This document shows positions 33,555 through 40,918 of a stretch of 40,918 nucleotides of DNA, piece by piece (position 1 is the first letter of the stretch; every line of letters begins with the position of its first letter). A model generated the notes under the pieces. The model had not been told where the DNA came from and did no database searches. It saw only the letters and a program-made list of their open reading frames with translations. The DNA is from Minisyncoccota bacterium (GTDB lineage Bacteria; Patescibacteriota; Minisyncoccia; Phycocordibacterales; UBA918). Made by a program: the position numbers and the translations under genes. The stretch covers positions 1 through 40,918 of the forward strand of contig JAJOLC010000048.1 of assembly GCA_021129655.1 (NCBI GenBank), in the 5' to 3' direction.

Positions 33555-35039
33555 CTACTTTTTCCTATTCTTATTCAAATCCAAAACATCGTCGATTCTA
33601 ATCTTCTCTACAAAGTCAGGAACGTGGGAAACGAGAATCATAGCCCCTTTATACTCATTTAATGCCTCAGCAATAACTGGAATATGTCGGAAGTTAATAT
33701 GGTTAGTTGGCTCATCGAGAATCAGCAGTCCAGGCTCTTCCATCTTCAGCTTCGCAAAAGCTACTAACCCCTTCTGTCCTTCAGACAAATCGCCAACTTT
33801 GGTTTTCATCACATCCCCAAACAACAGAAAGCCAGCAGCGATGGAGCGCATCTCTTCTTCCAGCTTTTTCTTCATAGAGTCCATCAATGTTTCAGAGACA
33901 GACTTGTCAAAATCTAGGTTAGAAAAATCTTGTCGATAGTAGCCAATCTTAATTCCTTCTGTCACCTCTTCACCTTTAGCATGGCCTCCTGCCAGACTTT
34001 CTAGCAAGGTGGTTTTACCAATTCCGTTAGGTCCGATTATCTGCAGGTGTTGTCCACGCTTCAAAACAATGTCACAAGCAACTTCTTTTGGCTCATGATT
34101 CTTGATTACTTGATACGAAGTAAGCTTCACAACTTCCAAAGGAATATCCTTGTGTGGACTAATGGTGAAAGAGCGAATAGTTTTATCCTCTCTTCGTACA
34201 TCAATTTTATTTTCTTCTCCTTCAGCGATTTCGGCTCTCATTTTCTTGGCAATCAAACGCATCTTTCCACCCTTTGCAGCAAAGTAGTTAATTTTATCTT
34301 TGTTAGCCTGAGTCTCTTTGGCAATTTTTGCATTTTGTCTTTTTTCCTTTTCAACTCGAGCCGATATCTCTCTCAATACTGTGTGGTAATTACCATTGTA
34401 TTGTTCAACCTGCCGATTTTGAGTATTCAAATACAAAACTCCGTGCGTAAAAGAGTTAAGGAAGTCAGCATCGTGGGAAATAACAATTACGGTTTTTTTG
34501 TATTCTTTAAGAAAGTCCGTCAGGTGCTCAATTCCCGCCACATCTAGATTGTTAGTTGGCTCATCGAGTAACAAAACATCTGGATTTTGAATCAAAGCTG
34601 AAGCTAGTAGAAGTCTCGCTTGTTGTCCGCCAGAAAAACTACCAATCACTCGATCTTGAAAAGTGTCTTTTATCTTTTCTGAAGGTACTAAATTTACTAC
34701 TTCAAGAATAGTGTTAATTCTTGGCTCAATATCATAAACTTTTTCATCAAACACTTGTTCAAAAAATTCTCGTACAGTTAAAGTCAGTTCGTCGCGGGGA
34801 ATAATTTGTCGTGAGACAGCGATTGAGGTTCTAGGCTGAAGATTGATGTCACCTTCCTCAGGTCGCAACTCGCCGGTAATCATTGAGAACAAAGTTGATT
34901 TCCCTGCGCCGTTCTGACCCATCAGGGTAAGCTTGGCGCCACGTCGCACCACAAAACTAGCCTCTTTAAGAATAGGCTTAGTAGCATCGTGTTCAAACGA
35001 CACATTCTTAAATACAATCAGTCCATCATTCCGTGACAT
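33555..35039 (-). CDS. ABC-F family ATPase (two ABC cassettes, no TM domain)
   Basis: GQNGAGKST / LSGGQQARL / LLLDEPTNNLD, and GPNGIGKTT / LSEGQKG / LILDEPTNHI, with a charged inter-domain linker. Confidence 0.9.
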   Translation of the reverse strand: MSRNDGLIVFKNVSFEHDATKPILKEASFVVRRGAKLTLMGQNGAGKSTLFSMITGELRPEEGDINLQPRTSIAVSRQIIPRDELTLTVREFFEQVFDEKVYDIEPRINTILEVVNLVPSEKIKDTFQDRVIGSFSGGQQARLLLASALIQNPDVLLLDEPTNNLDVAGIEHLTDFLKEYKKTVIVISHDADFLNSFTHGVLYLNTQNRQVEQYNGNYHTVLREISARVEKEKRQNAKIAKETQANKDKINYFAAKGGKMRLIAKKMRAEIAEGEENKIDVRREDKTIRSFTISPHKDIPLEVVKLTSYQVIKNHEPKEVACDIVLKRGQHLQIIGPNGIGKTTLLESLAGGHAKGEEVTEGIKIGYYRQDFSNLDFDKSVSETLMDSMKKKLEEEMRSIAAGFLLFGDVMKTKVGDLSEGQKGLVAFAKLKMEEPGLLILDEPTNHINFRHIPVIAEALNEYKGAMILVSHVPDFVEKIRIDDVLDLNKNRKK

Positions 35040-35100
35040 AGGCGTACACCATACACTAGCTCGGCCTCTAGACCAAGCTATTTTGATGTGTTGTTACCTA

Positions 35101-35137
35101 TCTTAAAAGCCCGAGACGAAGTCTCGGGCTTTTAAGA
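35101..35137 (-). terminator. Terminator after the GH15-like gene
   Basis: TCTTAAAAGCCCGAGAC gaa GTCTCGGGCTTTTAAGA. Confidence 0.8.
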
Positions 35138-35151
35138 TACTTTTATTCACC

Positions 35152-36270
35152 TTACCCCATCTCCTTCACCTTCTGCAAAGCTACAACATACATACTCTCT
35201 GCCCAACCAAGCGGGGTATTCTCGTTTGGAGTATCAGTGTGAGAATAATACAGCTCCGGCATCTTTCCTTCTGCTGTTACAGCTGCCTTTGTCCGTCGTA
35301 GATAATAGTACGCGCGTTCTTTGTCACCACGTTCAGCATAAATAATTGCCAACCAGGCTAGTCCGAAGCACCACTCCGCCTCTTCACTAAAGCCGTCGAT
35401 ATTGTTGTTGTAGTACTTATCTAGCTTGTATCTAATCACACCCTTCTCCTTAACCAAATGATATTCAACGTTCTTTAGGATTTCTGAAGTTTCCTCCTCA
35501 GTGGTAACCGCAAATGGGTATATAAGAGTAAGTAGAGCTAGGTCAGAAAACTTGGTTATGGACTCTCGAGGCAGCAAAGCGCGTAAAGCGTGCTCGCCTC
35601 TTTCGACAGCAACCTCCGGGACTTCTAACCAATCAACTTTACGAGCCTTCCTCAGGGCTGCCACACAAGAACCAATTGAAGAAGCGTGAACTTCCAAATT
35701 TTCTTCCCAAATACCATTATCATCATCATCCCAGTATTCAATTGATATCAGATAGTCGATTATTTTTTGCACCATATCTCGCTCATTTTTTGTCTCAACC
35801 ACACTGGCGTCCATTAACTCTAAGGTAACAATTAGATTCAAAACTTCACCGACTGCATCGTTTTGACTATTGCCCCACTCTTCCCAGTATTCTTCGAAGG
35901 TTTCTGGATGGAAGCGAGCGTGGATGTATTGCCAAGCTTCATGCGGCTTATTTTCAATTGCCCAATTAATTTTATCTTTATGCTTAACAAAAACAGTCAG
36001 CAAGGCTTTAGCTGCATTCTTCGTTGTTTCTATATCTCCGGTCTCAAAAAAACCTAAGGTGATGAAATAAATATCACGAAGCCAGGCTTTATTATAAAAA
36101 GTATCGTCTAGAGAGGCTGTAAAAACACCTGGCTGTCTTTCCAGAGTACGCACAACATCTAGGTGTTGTTTAATTTCTGCATCAAAATCAAAGGTCATAA
36201 AGAACGAAAGAACTAGTAATAAACTACGCTGCGGCCTCAAGCTTTTCCATTTGTTCCGAATGTCGAGCAT
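35152..36270 (-). CDS. Glycoside hydrolase family 15-like (alpha/alpha)6 protein
   Basis: WLRDIYFITLGF, NSQNDAVG, DDDNGIWEE, PELY. The start is ambiguous. ATG at 36270 overlaps the upstream ORF by 47 nt, and an AGGAG lies only 1 nt before it. The alternative is ATG at 36198 (MTFDFDAE). Confidence 0.7.
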   Translation of the reverse strand: MLDIRNKWKSLRPQRSLLLVLSFFMTFDFDAEIKQHLDVVRTLERQPGVFTASLDDTFYNKAWLRDIYFITLGFFETGDIETTKNAAKALLTVFVKHKDKINWAIENKPHEAWQYIHARFHPETFEEYWEEWGNSQNDAVGEVLNLIVTLELMDASVVETKNERDMVQKIIDYLISIEYWDDDDNGIWEENLEVHASSIGSCVAALRKARKVDWLEVPEVAVERGEHALRALLPRESITKFSDLALLTLIYPFAVTTEEETSEILKNVEYHLVKEKGVIRYKLDKYYNNNIDGFSEEAEWCFGLAWLAIIYAERGDKERAYYYLRRTKAAVTAEGKMPELYYSHTDTPNENTPLGWAESMYVVALQKVKEMG

Positions 36271-36520
36271 TCTCCTTAGTTATAGAAAGCTGTAAAGCAA
36301 TTACTTCTGCTGTAAAACGGTTTTTATTATCGTCTGCCAGCTCGGACAAAATGCTTTCTAGAGAGAGAGCTTGTTGTTCATCATCAAGGGATGAAAAATC
36401 TTTAATTGCATCAATCATTTCCTGAGCGTGAACAATCGCCTGCTTCTTAAGCTCTCTCCAGTCAGCCTGATTTTCAACACTTTCTATATTGTCTGGTTCA
36501 GATTTTGGTGCTCCCTCCAT
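36224..36520 (-). CDS. Hypothetical acidic helical 98-aa protein
   Basis: ORF with plausible helical composition. I recognise no family. Confidence 0.4.
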   Translation of the reverse strand: MEGAPKSEPDNIESVENQADWRELKKQAIVHAQEMIDAIKDFSSLDDEQQALSLESILSELADDNKNRFTAEVIALQLSITKENARHSEQMEKLEAAA

Positions 36521-36624
36521 AGAAAAATACTTAGTAAATAATTCTCATTATATCACGCAGAAAACTATTGTCTTTACTACTCATATATGAGAGAGTGGCT
36601 ATGGACAAACAGAGGAGAGTTCTA

Positions 36625-37152
36625 ATGACAAATGAAGAAGTAGAAACAAAACCAGCAATTGAACGGCGTTTCCTTACCAGAAGTAGTGACTGGAAAAAAA
36701 TGCGTAATGAACAGGCTAAACTATTTATTGCTCAGGCTTATCCAGAGAATCTACAAGATAGTGGAAAAGTTGTTAGAGTCCGCCATACTGACGGTATGGG
36801 CAACACGATTTATGAACAGTGTGAAAAAGGCACAACTGTTGGTATTTGTACCCCAGAAAAGGAGTGGCTTATTTCTAAAGCAAATGCTGAAGTATTATTC
36901 TCGAAATGCTTAATACAGTGTGTACGCAAATGGAGATGGCTGATACCTTTAGGTAGTAATTTGATAGCCTTCGTTGATGAATTTACTCATATCAGAAATG
37001 AGAGAAGCACGATGATTATTTCTGAGGTTGAATTTGCTTCAGAGAAACAAGGTCTTGCTTTTATTCCACCAGAGTGGCTGGGTGAAGAAATAACTGGAAA
37101 TAATTTATATTCCAACTTTGGCCTCGCTAAAAATGGTGAGCCGCTGAGGTAG
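36625..37152 (+). CDS. CYTH (triphosphate tunnel metalloenzyme)-like protein with degenerate signature
   Basis: AIERRFL stands where ExExK is expected. VRVRH, ISEVEFASEKQGLAFIPPEWLGEEITGNNLYSNFGLA. Start chosen at ATG 36625 because of AGGAG 7 nt upstream. The track TTG at 36568 is unlikely. Confidence 0.65.
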   Translation: MTNEEVETKPAIERRFLTRSSDWKKMRNEQAKLFIAQAYPENLQDSGKVVRVRHTDGMGNTIYEQCEKGTTVGICTPEKEWLISKANAEVLFSKCLIQCVRKWRWLIPLGSNLIAFVDEFTHIRNERSTMIISEVEFASEKQGLAFIPPEWLGEEITGNNLYSNFGLAKNGEPLR

Positions 37153-37165
37153 CTCTACATTCACA

Positions 37166-37192
37166 ACGCCCGCACATGTGCGGGCGTTTTTA
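37166..37192 (+). terminator. Terminator after CYTH-1
   Basis: AACGCCCGCA catg TGCGGGCGTT plus TTT. Confidence 0.75.
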
Positions 37193-37201
37193 TGTCTTAC
37201 A

Positions 37202-37236
37202 TTTCTAGGATGAAAATATTATTTTCATCCTAGAAA
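37202..37236. promoter_or_regulatory. Perfect 16-bp inverted repeat (3-nt spacer) between the two CYTH genes; candidate operator
   Basis: TTTCTAGGATGAAAAT att ATTTTCATCCTAGAAA. AT-rich, 10 nt after the CYTH-1 terminator and ~85 nt before the CYTH-2 ATG. Confidence 0.5.
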
Positions 37237-37319
37237 ATACGTAATGAGATAAACTAGAATTATTGCTTTTTCTGTCAGTTTGATACATAGTGAAATCAGA
37301 TTAAAAGGAGGATAGTTCT

Positions 37320-37796
37320 ATGATAGTTGAATTTGAAAGAAAGTTTATTCCTAAAGATTATTCATGGCAAATACTAATCGGCCATACTGAACACATAAAA
37401 CAAGGTTACATATCACAAGAAAATGGCAACTCTGTTTATGTATACTCGAATGAATTAGAGGGCGATGTGCAAACCTGTCTTTATATTGAAGGTAACGATT
37501 CTGACTTTGGAAGAATTGAGTATGAGATTCAGGCGCTAGAAAAAGATCAAGGAAATAAGCTATTTAATCTCTGTCCCACAAAGACTCTTGAGATTAAGCG
37601 TCACCACATATTAAACAATCAATTAGAAATCGAGGTTGATGAATTCCTAGGTAAATTAGAAAAACTTTTTGTAATTACCATCATCTTGAAGCATCAGCAT
37701 GAGGAGATAGAATTACCTGGGTGGATAGGAAAAGAAGTTACCGATGACCCTCGTTATTACAACAGAAAGCTGGTAAATATACAGAAAAATATTTAG
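37320..37796 (+). CDS. CYTH-domain protein (intact ExExK)
   Basis: MIVEFERKFIP.. (E-F-E-R-K), QGYISQ, EIEVDEF, LPGWIGKEVTDDPRYYNRKLV. AAGGAGG lies 8 nt before the ATG. Confidence 0.75.
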   Translation: MIVEFERKFIPKDYSWQILIGHTEHIKQGYISQENGNSVYVYSNELEGDVQTCLYIEGNDSDFGRIEYEIQALEKDQGNKLFNLCPTKTLEIKRHHILNNQLEIEVDEFLGKLEKLFVITIILKHQHEEIELPGWIGKEVTDDPRYYNRKLVNIQKNI

Positions 37797-37804
37797 CTGA
37801 TTTC

Positions 37805-37841
37805 AAAAACACCCATCTCATAAATGAGTATGGGTGTTTTT
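37805..37841. terminator. Bidirectional terminator between CYTH-2 and rpsG
   Basis: AAAAACACCCAT..ATGGGTGTTTTT. Confidence 0.75.
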
Positions 37842-37874
37842 CTTTTTCTTAATGGGTAGCGAGGTAAAACTTTC

Positions 37875-38348
37875 TTACCAAGCAAAGTGGGCAAACGCTC
37901 GGTTGGCCTCAGCCATCTTGTGCGTATCCTCCTTCTTTTTCACTGCGTCTCCTTCTTCCTTTGCTGCAAGCATCAGCTCTTTAGCTAGTGACTTATGCAT
38001 TGGAGTTCCTTTCTGCTTACGAGAAACTGCTGTCAGTGACCGTAGCGCTAGTGCTGTTCGTCGTTCCGGTCGTACTTCTCGAGGAACCTGGTAGTTTGCA
38101 CCACCAACTCGTCGTGAACGCACTTCCATTAGAGGACCAGCATTTCGCAATGCAGTTGCGTAAACCTCTAAAGGTTCACCGCCGTCTTCTTTATCATTTT
38201 TGATGGTTTCAAACGCGCTATATACAATCTTGCGTGCGGTCTCCTTCTGACCGTTGAGCATGATGTAGTTGATTAGACGTTCGACATCAACAGAACCGTA
38301 CATAATGTCCGGAGACACTATAGGTCGTTTTTTGATTGGTCGTCGCAT
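37875..38348 (-). CDS. rpsG: 30S ribosomal protein S7
   Basis: 157 aa. LINYIMLNGQKETARKIVYSAF..VEVRSRRVGGANYQVP. Confidence 0.95.
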   Translation of the reverse strand: MRRPIKKRPIVSPDIMYGSVDVERLINYIMLNGQKETARKIVYSAFETIKNDKEDGGEPLEVYATALRNAGPLMEVRSRRVGGANYQVPREVRPERRTALALRSLTAVSRKQKGTPMHKSLAKELMLAAKEEGDAVKKKEDTHKMAEANRAFAHFAW

Positions 38349-38531
38349 TGTAATTTTTTAATTAAGATGCGAATGAGAAATATGACAAGTCATTTTTTTC
38401 ATTCTTCGCATAATTTGATTCCGGAACTCGTGAGAGTTTGAATCGCGTACTATAATCTGTAGCGAATATAAACTATTTGTAATTCAGAGGTCGCTACCTC
38501 TGTGTTCCGCTAAAGGGATGTGCGCGATGCG

Positions 38532-38945
38532 CTATTCACCTTTAGGCTTTTTTGCTCCGTATCGAGACCGACCTTTTCGGCGTTCTTCTACTCCAGTCGC
38601 GTCGTATTTACCACGAACGATTGTGTAGTTGACACCAATATCTTTCACACGTCCTCCTCGTACCAGAACCACTGAGTGCTCTTGAAGAGTGTGCTTCATA
38701 CCTGGGATGTAAGCGGTAATTTCTTGACCATTTGAAAGTCGTACACGAGCAATCTTTCGAATCGCTGAGTTCGGCTTACGGGGAGTCTTAGTAGTTACAC
38801 GGGTACATACACCACGCTTGAAAGGCGAGAAGTATACGTTAGGCTGATTCTTGATTTTGTTAAATCCAGACTCAAGTGCCGCTCGCTTACTTTTTCGCGG
38901 TTTGTCGACTCGCTTCTTACGGGTTAATTGTTGAATTGTTGCCAT
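38532..38945 (-). CDS. rpsL: 30S ribosomal protein S12
   Basis: [12 protein letters not shown]...[27 protein letters not shown]. Confidence 0.97.
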   Translation of the reverse strand: MATIQQLTRKKRVDKPRKSKRAALESGFNKIKNQPNVYFSPFKRGVCTRVTTKTPRKPNSAIRKIARVRLSNGQEITAYIPGMKHTLQEHSVVLVRGGRVKDIGVNYTIVRGKYDATGVEERRKGRSRYGAKKPKGE

Positions 38946-39024
38946 AATGTAGCGGGGTCACAATACTATATGTAGGTAAATTTGCAAGCAAAACATACCA
39001 TGTCGCTCGCTACAGTCAGATAAC

Positions 39025-39047
39025 AAAAAACACCGCCGAAGCAGTGT
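39025..39047 (-). terminator. Terminator upstream of rpsL (ends the M50 protease transcript)
   Basis: Minus strand: ACACUGC uucg GCGGUGU plus U6. Confidence 0.6.
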
Positions 39048-39049
39048 AC

Positions 39050-39124
39050 GAGAAGGGTGTGTGCGGAGTGGGAAGCAGCATGCTCTTGAGAAGAACACTC
39101 CGCACACAAAAACACAACCTTCTC
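39050..39124. other. Long interrupted hairpin between the M50 protease gene and the rpsL promoter region
   Basis: GAGAAGG (39050-56) pairs with CCTTCTC (39118-24). GTGTGCGGAGTG (39059-70) pairs with CACTCCGCACAC (39096-107). An internal CTTGAGAAG offers alternative pairing. Confidence 0.6.
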
Positions 39125-39163
39125 AAGAACGATTCATGTATCTATATTTAAACTATCAGACAT

Positions 39164-39820
39164 TTAAAAGCCAATCAAGTTAAAAGTGAGCCAAAGAGTT
39201 AAATTGTAGAGAGGTTGTGCTAAAACAAATACAAACAAAAGTATTACCAGCATAAATGCCACACCAATGTTTTGCTCTAAAGTACGACTCAAACCTTCGT
39301 ATTTGTAAGCCAGTTCTCGTGGCAACAATTTAGGCAGTATCTTTGAGCCATCAAGTGGTGGAATGGGCACCAAGTTGAAGAAGGCCAAAAATATATTTAG
39401 AACAATGACCATAATAGCTAGTTCAACAAATGAAGCAGATAAATTAAGAACTTCAGCACTACGGATTAATCCGGCAAAAACAAGAGCAATTGCTATGTTG
39501 GCGGCTGGTCCGGCTGCCGCGACCATTGCCTCACCCCACTTTTGGTTAGTGAAGTTATAGGGGTTGTAGGGTACAGGCTTAGCTGCGCCAAACAATATCG
39601 GTGAACCTGTCACCAATAGTATCCCCGGTAAAATTACTGACATCATTGGATCAAGATGAGGAATCGGGTTAGCTGTCAGGCGCCCAGCCAAGCGTGCGGT
39701 CGGGTCTCCCAACCAGTTAGCGGCGTAGCCGTGAGCCATCTCATGAATCACAACTGACATAATCAGTATGAAAATCATGGCGATTTGTATTGGTTCCATA
39801 GTGACGTAATAGTAACTCAT
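39164..39820 (-). CDS. Site-2 protease family (peptidase M50) membrane metalloprotease
   Basis: HEMAHG zinc motif in TM1, polytopic, NLVPIPPLDGSK motif. Confidence 0.85.
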   Translation of the reverse strand: MSYYYVTMEPIQIAMIFILIMSVVIHEMAHGYAANWLGDPTARLAGRLTANPIPHLDPMMSVILPGILLVTGSPILFGAAKPVPYNPYNFTNQKWGEAMVAAAGPAANIAIALVFAGLIRSAEVLNLSASFVELAIMVIVLNIFLAFFNLVPIPPLDGSKILPKLLPRELAYKYEGLSRTLEQNIGVAFMLVILLFVFVLAQPLYNLTLWLTFNLIGF

Positions 39821-39874
39821 ATATATACATTAGTAAAAGTTAGTTACAAACGGTGTTTTAGGACCTCTATAAGG

Positions 39875-39902
39875 TTGCGCATTAGGGAGCATATGGTAGT
39901 AT
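39875..39902 (+). promoter_or_regulatory. Putative rpmB promoter
   Basis: TTGCGC, 16 nt, TAGTAT with TGg extended -10. Confidence 0.4.
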
Positions 39903-39925
39903 GGCGCAACAAAACAACATCTTTT

Positions 39926-40168
39926 ATGGCAAAGCAATGCGAAATCACAGGCAAAAAAACCCAAATCGGGGGCAAGTACAGTAACCGTACTCGAGCTACA
40001 CAGTTTAATCCGTGTGGAAAAACTCGGCGACAACCCAACTTACACAAAAAGAGTATTTTCGTTCCTGAACTAGGAAAGTCAATCAAAATCAAAGTTTCTG
40101 CAGCCGCTCTACGAACCATCGCAAAGAACGGAGCATATGCAACTCTGAAGAAGGCAGGACTTATATAA
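39926..40168 (+). CDS. rpmB: 50S ribosomal protein L28
   Basis: MAKQCEITGKKTQIGGKYSNRTRATQ... starting at the internal ATG 39926 of the track ORF 39785-40168. The promoter TTGCGC-16 nt-(TGg)TAGTAT lies just upstream. Confidence 0.9.
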   Translation: MAKQCEITGKKTQIGGKYSNRTRATQFNPCGKTRRQPNLHKKSIFVPELGKSIKIKVSAAALRTIAKNGAYATLKKAGLI

Positions 40169-40180
40169 GTTCGCTACTGA

Positions 40181-40219
40181 AACAAAAAGGCCGGAAGCTT
40201 CGCTTCCGGCCTTTTTGTT
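40181..40219. terminator. Bidirectional terminator between rpmB and the ComEC-like gene
   Basis: AACAAAAAGGCCGGAAGC ttc GCTTCCGGCCTTTTTGTT. Confidence 0.85.
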
Positions 40220-40223
40220 TACC

Positions 40224-40918
40224 CTATTCTACCAACCAGACTTCTCTGCCGTCGGACTCAAAAGCAATAGTCCCCTCAACGGCTGTACTGACTATCTCTA
40301 TCTCTCTTTCCTCCACCCTTTCTATAACCTCGGGGTGAGGGTGGCCATACCGATTATCCAAAGCAGCTGACACTACAGCAAACTCTGGACTCACAGCGTC
40401 AAGGAACGTTTCAGCTGAGGATGTTTTTGAGCCATGGTGCCCTAGCTTCATAACTTCACTTTCCAGCAGCTCGCCAAACTCGCCCACCAGATATTCTTCT
40501 ATCCCTTTCGGGGCGTCACCAGTTAACATAAACTCTATGTCTCCGTATACAATCTGAACTATGACTGAAGCAGAATTGCTGTTCCAGTTTGCAGAGTCTC
40601 CATAGGGAGACAGAATCCTAACTGTTGTTGAGGCGCCCAATTTTATAATCTGCCCGGCTTGAGCAATCACAATATCAAGACCTTCATTGTTAGCAGCGTC
40701 ATCAAAGGCATCAGAAACTGTTGTTTCATGAACCACTGCTGATTCTATAATCAGGCCAACTTCGTACCTTTCCAACACATCTACCAAGCCGCCTACATGG
40801 TCAGCGTCCGGATGAGTCGCCACGACCACATCAATCTTTTTATCAAAGAAGTTTCTTCCGTCTGACAGTTCTCTAAGAACAGCGGCGGATGAACCACCGT
40901 CTATTAGTAATTCATACC
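40224..40918 (-). CDS. ComEC/Rec2-type metallo-beta-lactamase domain protein; the 5' part lies off-window
   Basis: The frame stays open to the window edge (..YELLIDGGSSAAVLRELSDGRNFFDKKIDVVVATHPDADHVGGL..LKLGHHGSKTSS..YGHPHPEV). Confidence 0.75.
   Translation of the reverse strand, partial: YELLIDGGSSAAVLRELSDGRNFFDKKIDVVVATHPDADHVGGLVDVLERYEVGLIIESAVVHETTVSDAFDDAANNEGLDIVIAQAGQIIKLGASTTVRILSPYGDSANWNSNSASVIVQIVYGDIEFMLTGDAPKGIEEYLVGEFGELLESEVMKLGHHGSKTSSAETFLDAVSPEFAVVSAALDNRYGHPHPEVIERVEEREIEIVSTAVEGTIAFESDGREVWLVE

Noticed and set aside
36568-36624. TTG start at 36568 and ATG at 36601 for CYTH-1
   Set aside because: The ATG at 36625 has an optimal AGGAG SD, and the CYTH homology begins just after it.
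39785-39925. N-terminal 47 residues of the track ORF containing rpmB
   Set aside because: L28 homology starts at the internal MAKQCEITGKK. A promoter (39875-39902) lies inside the putative extension.
1-40918. Search for tRNA, rRNA, tmRNA, RNase P and SRP RNA signatures, CRISPR repeats, transposase or integrase genes, and toxin-antitoxin pairs
   Set aside because: I found none by eye: no GTTCGAATC-type T-arms outside CDS, no GAGGAAAGTCC, no regularly spaced direct repeats, and no recombinase-like ORF. A computational scan (tRNAscan-SE, Infernal) would be needed to be certain.

Overview
The window looks like a fragment of a small Patescibacteria/CPR-like genome. Evidence: rpmD (L30) is absent between rpsE and rplO, many r-proteins carry charged tails, and genes are densely packed on the minus strand. 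The backbone is the str/S10/spc ribosomal superoperon read right to left: rpsL-rpsG ... fusA ... tuf-rpsJ ... rplC-rplD-rplW-rplB ... rpsS-rplV-rpsC-rplP-rpmC-rpsQ-rplN-rplX-rplE ... rpsN-rpsH-rplF-rplR ... rpsE-rplO-secY. Also present are infC-rpmI-rplT, rpmB, a cluster of four nucleotide kinases (ndk, adk, gmk, cmk) with map, and a truncated phosphoketolase. The superoperon is cut repeatedly by insertions that carry their own promoters and terminators. These are an 8.3-kb island between rpsG and fusA, a 171-aa orphan between fusA and tuf, a 1.4-kb mostly non-coding, hairpin-rich spacer between rpsJ and rplC, and a 2.3-kb insert between rplB and rpsS encoding a secreted peptidoglycan-binding protein with a hyper-acidic tail. 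Other points: a membrane protein/beta-CASP/GIY-YIG cassette behind a structured leader; tandem CYTH paralogs separated by a perfect inverted repeat; a gene split at an A6 run; near-absence of TGA stops; and strong Shine-Dalgarno sites on only four, mostly accessory, ORFs. I found no tRNA, rRNA, CRISPR array or transposase by eye.
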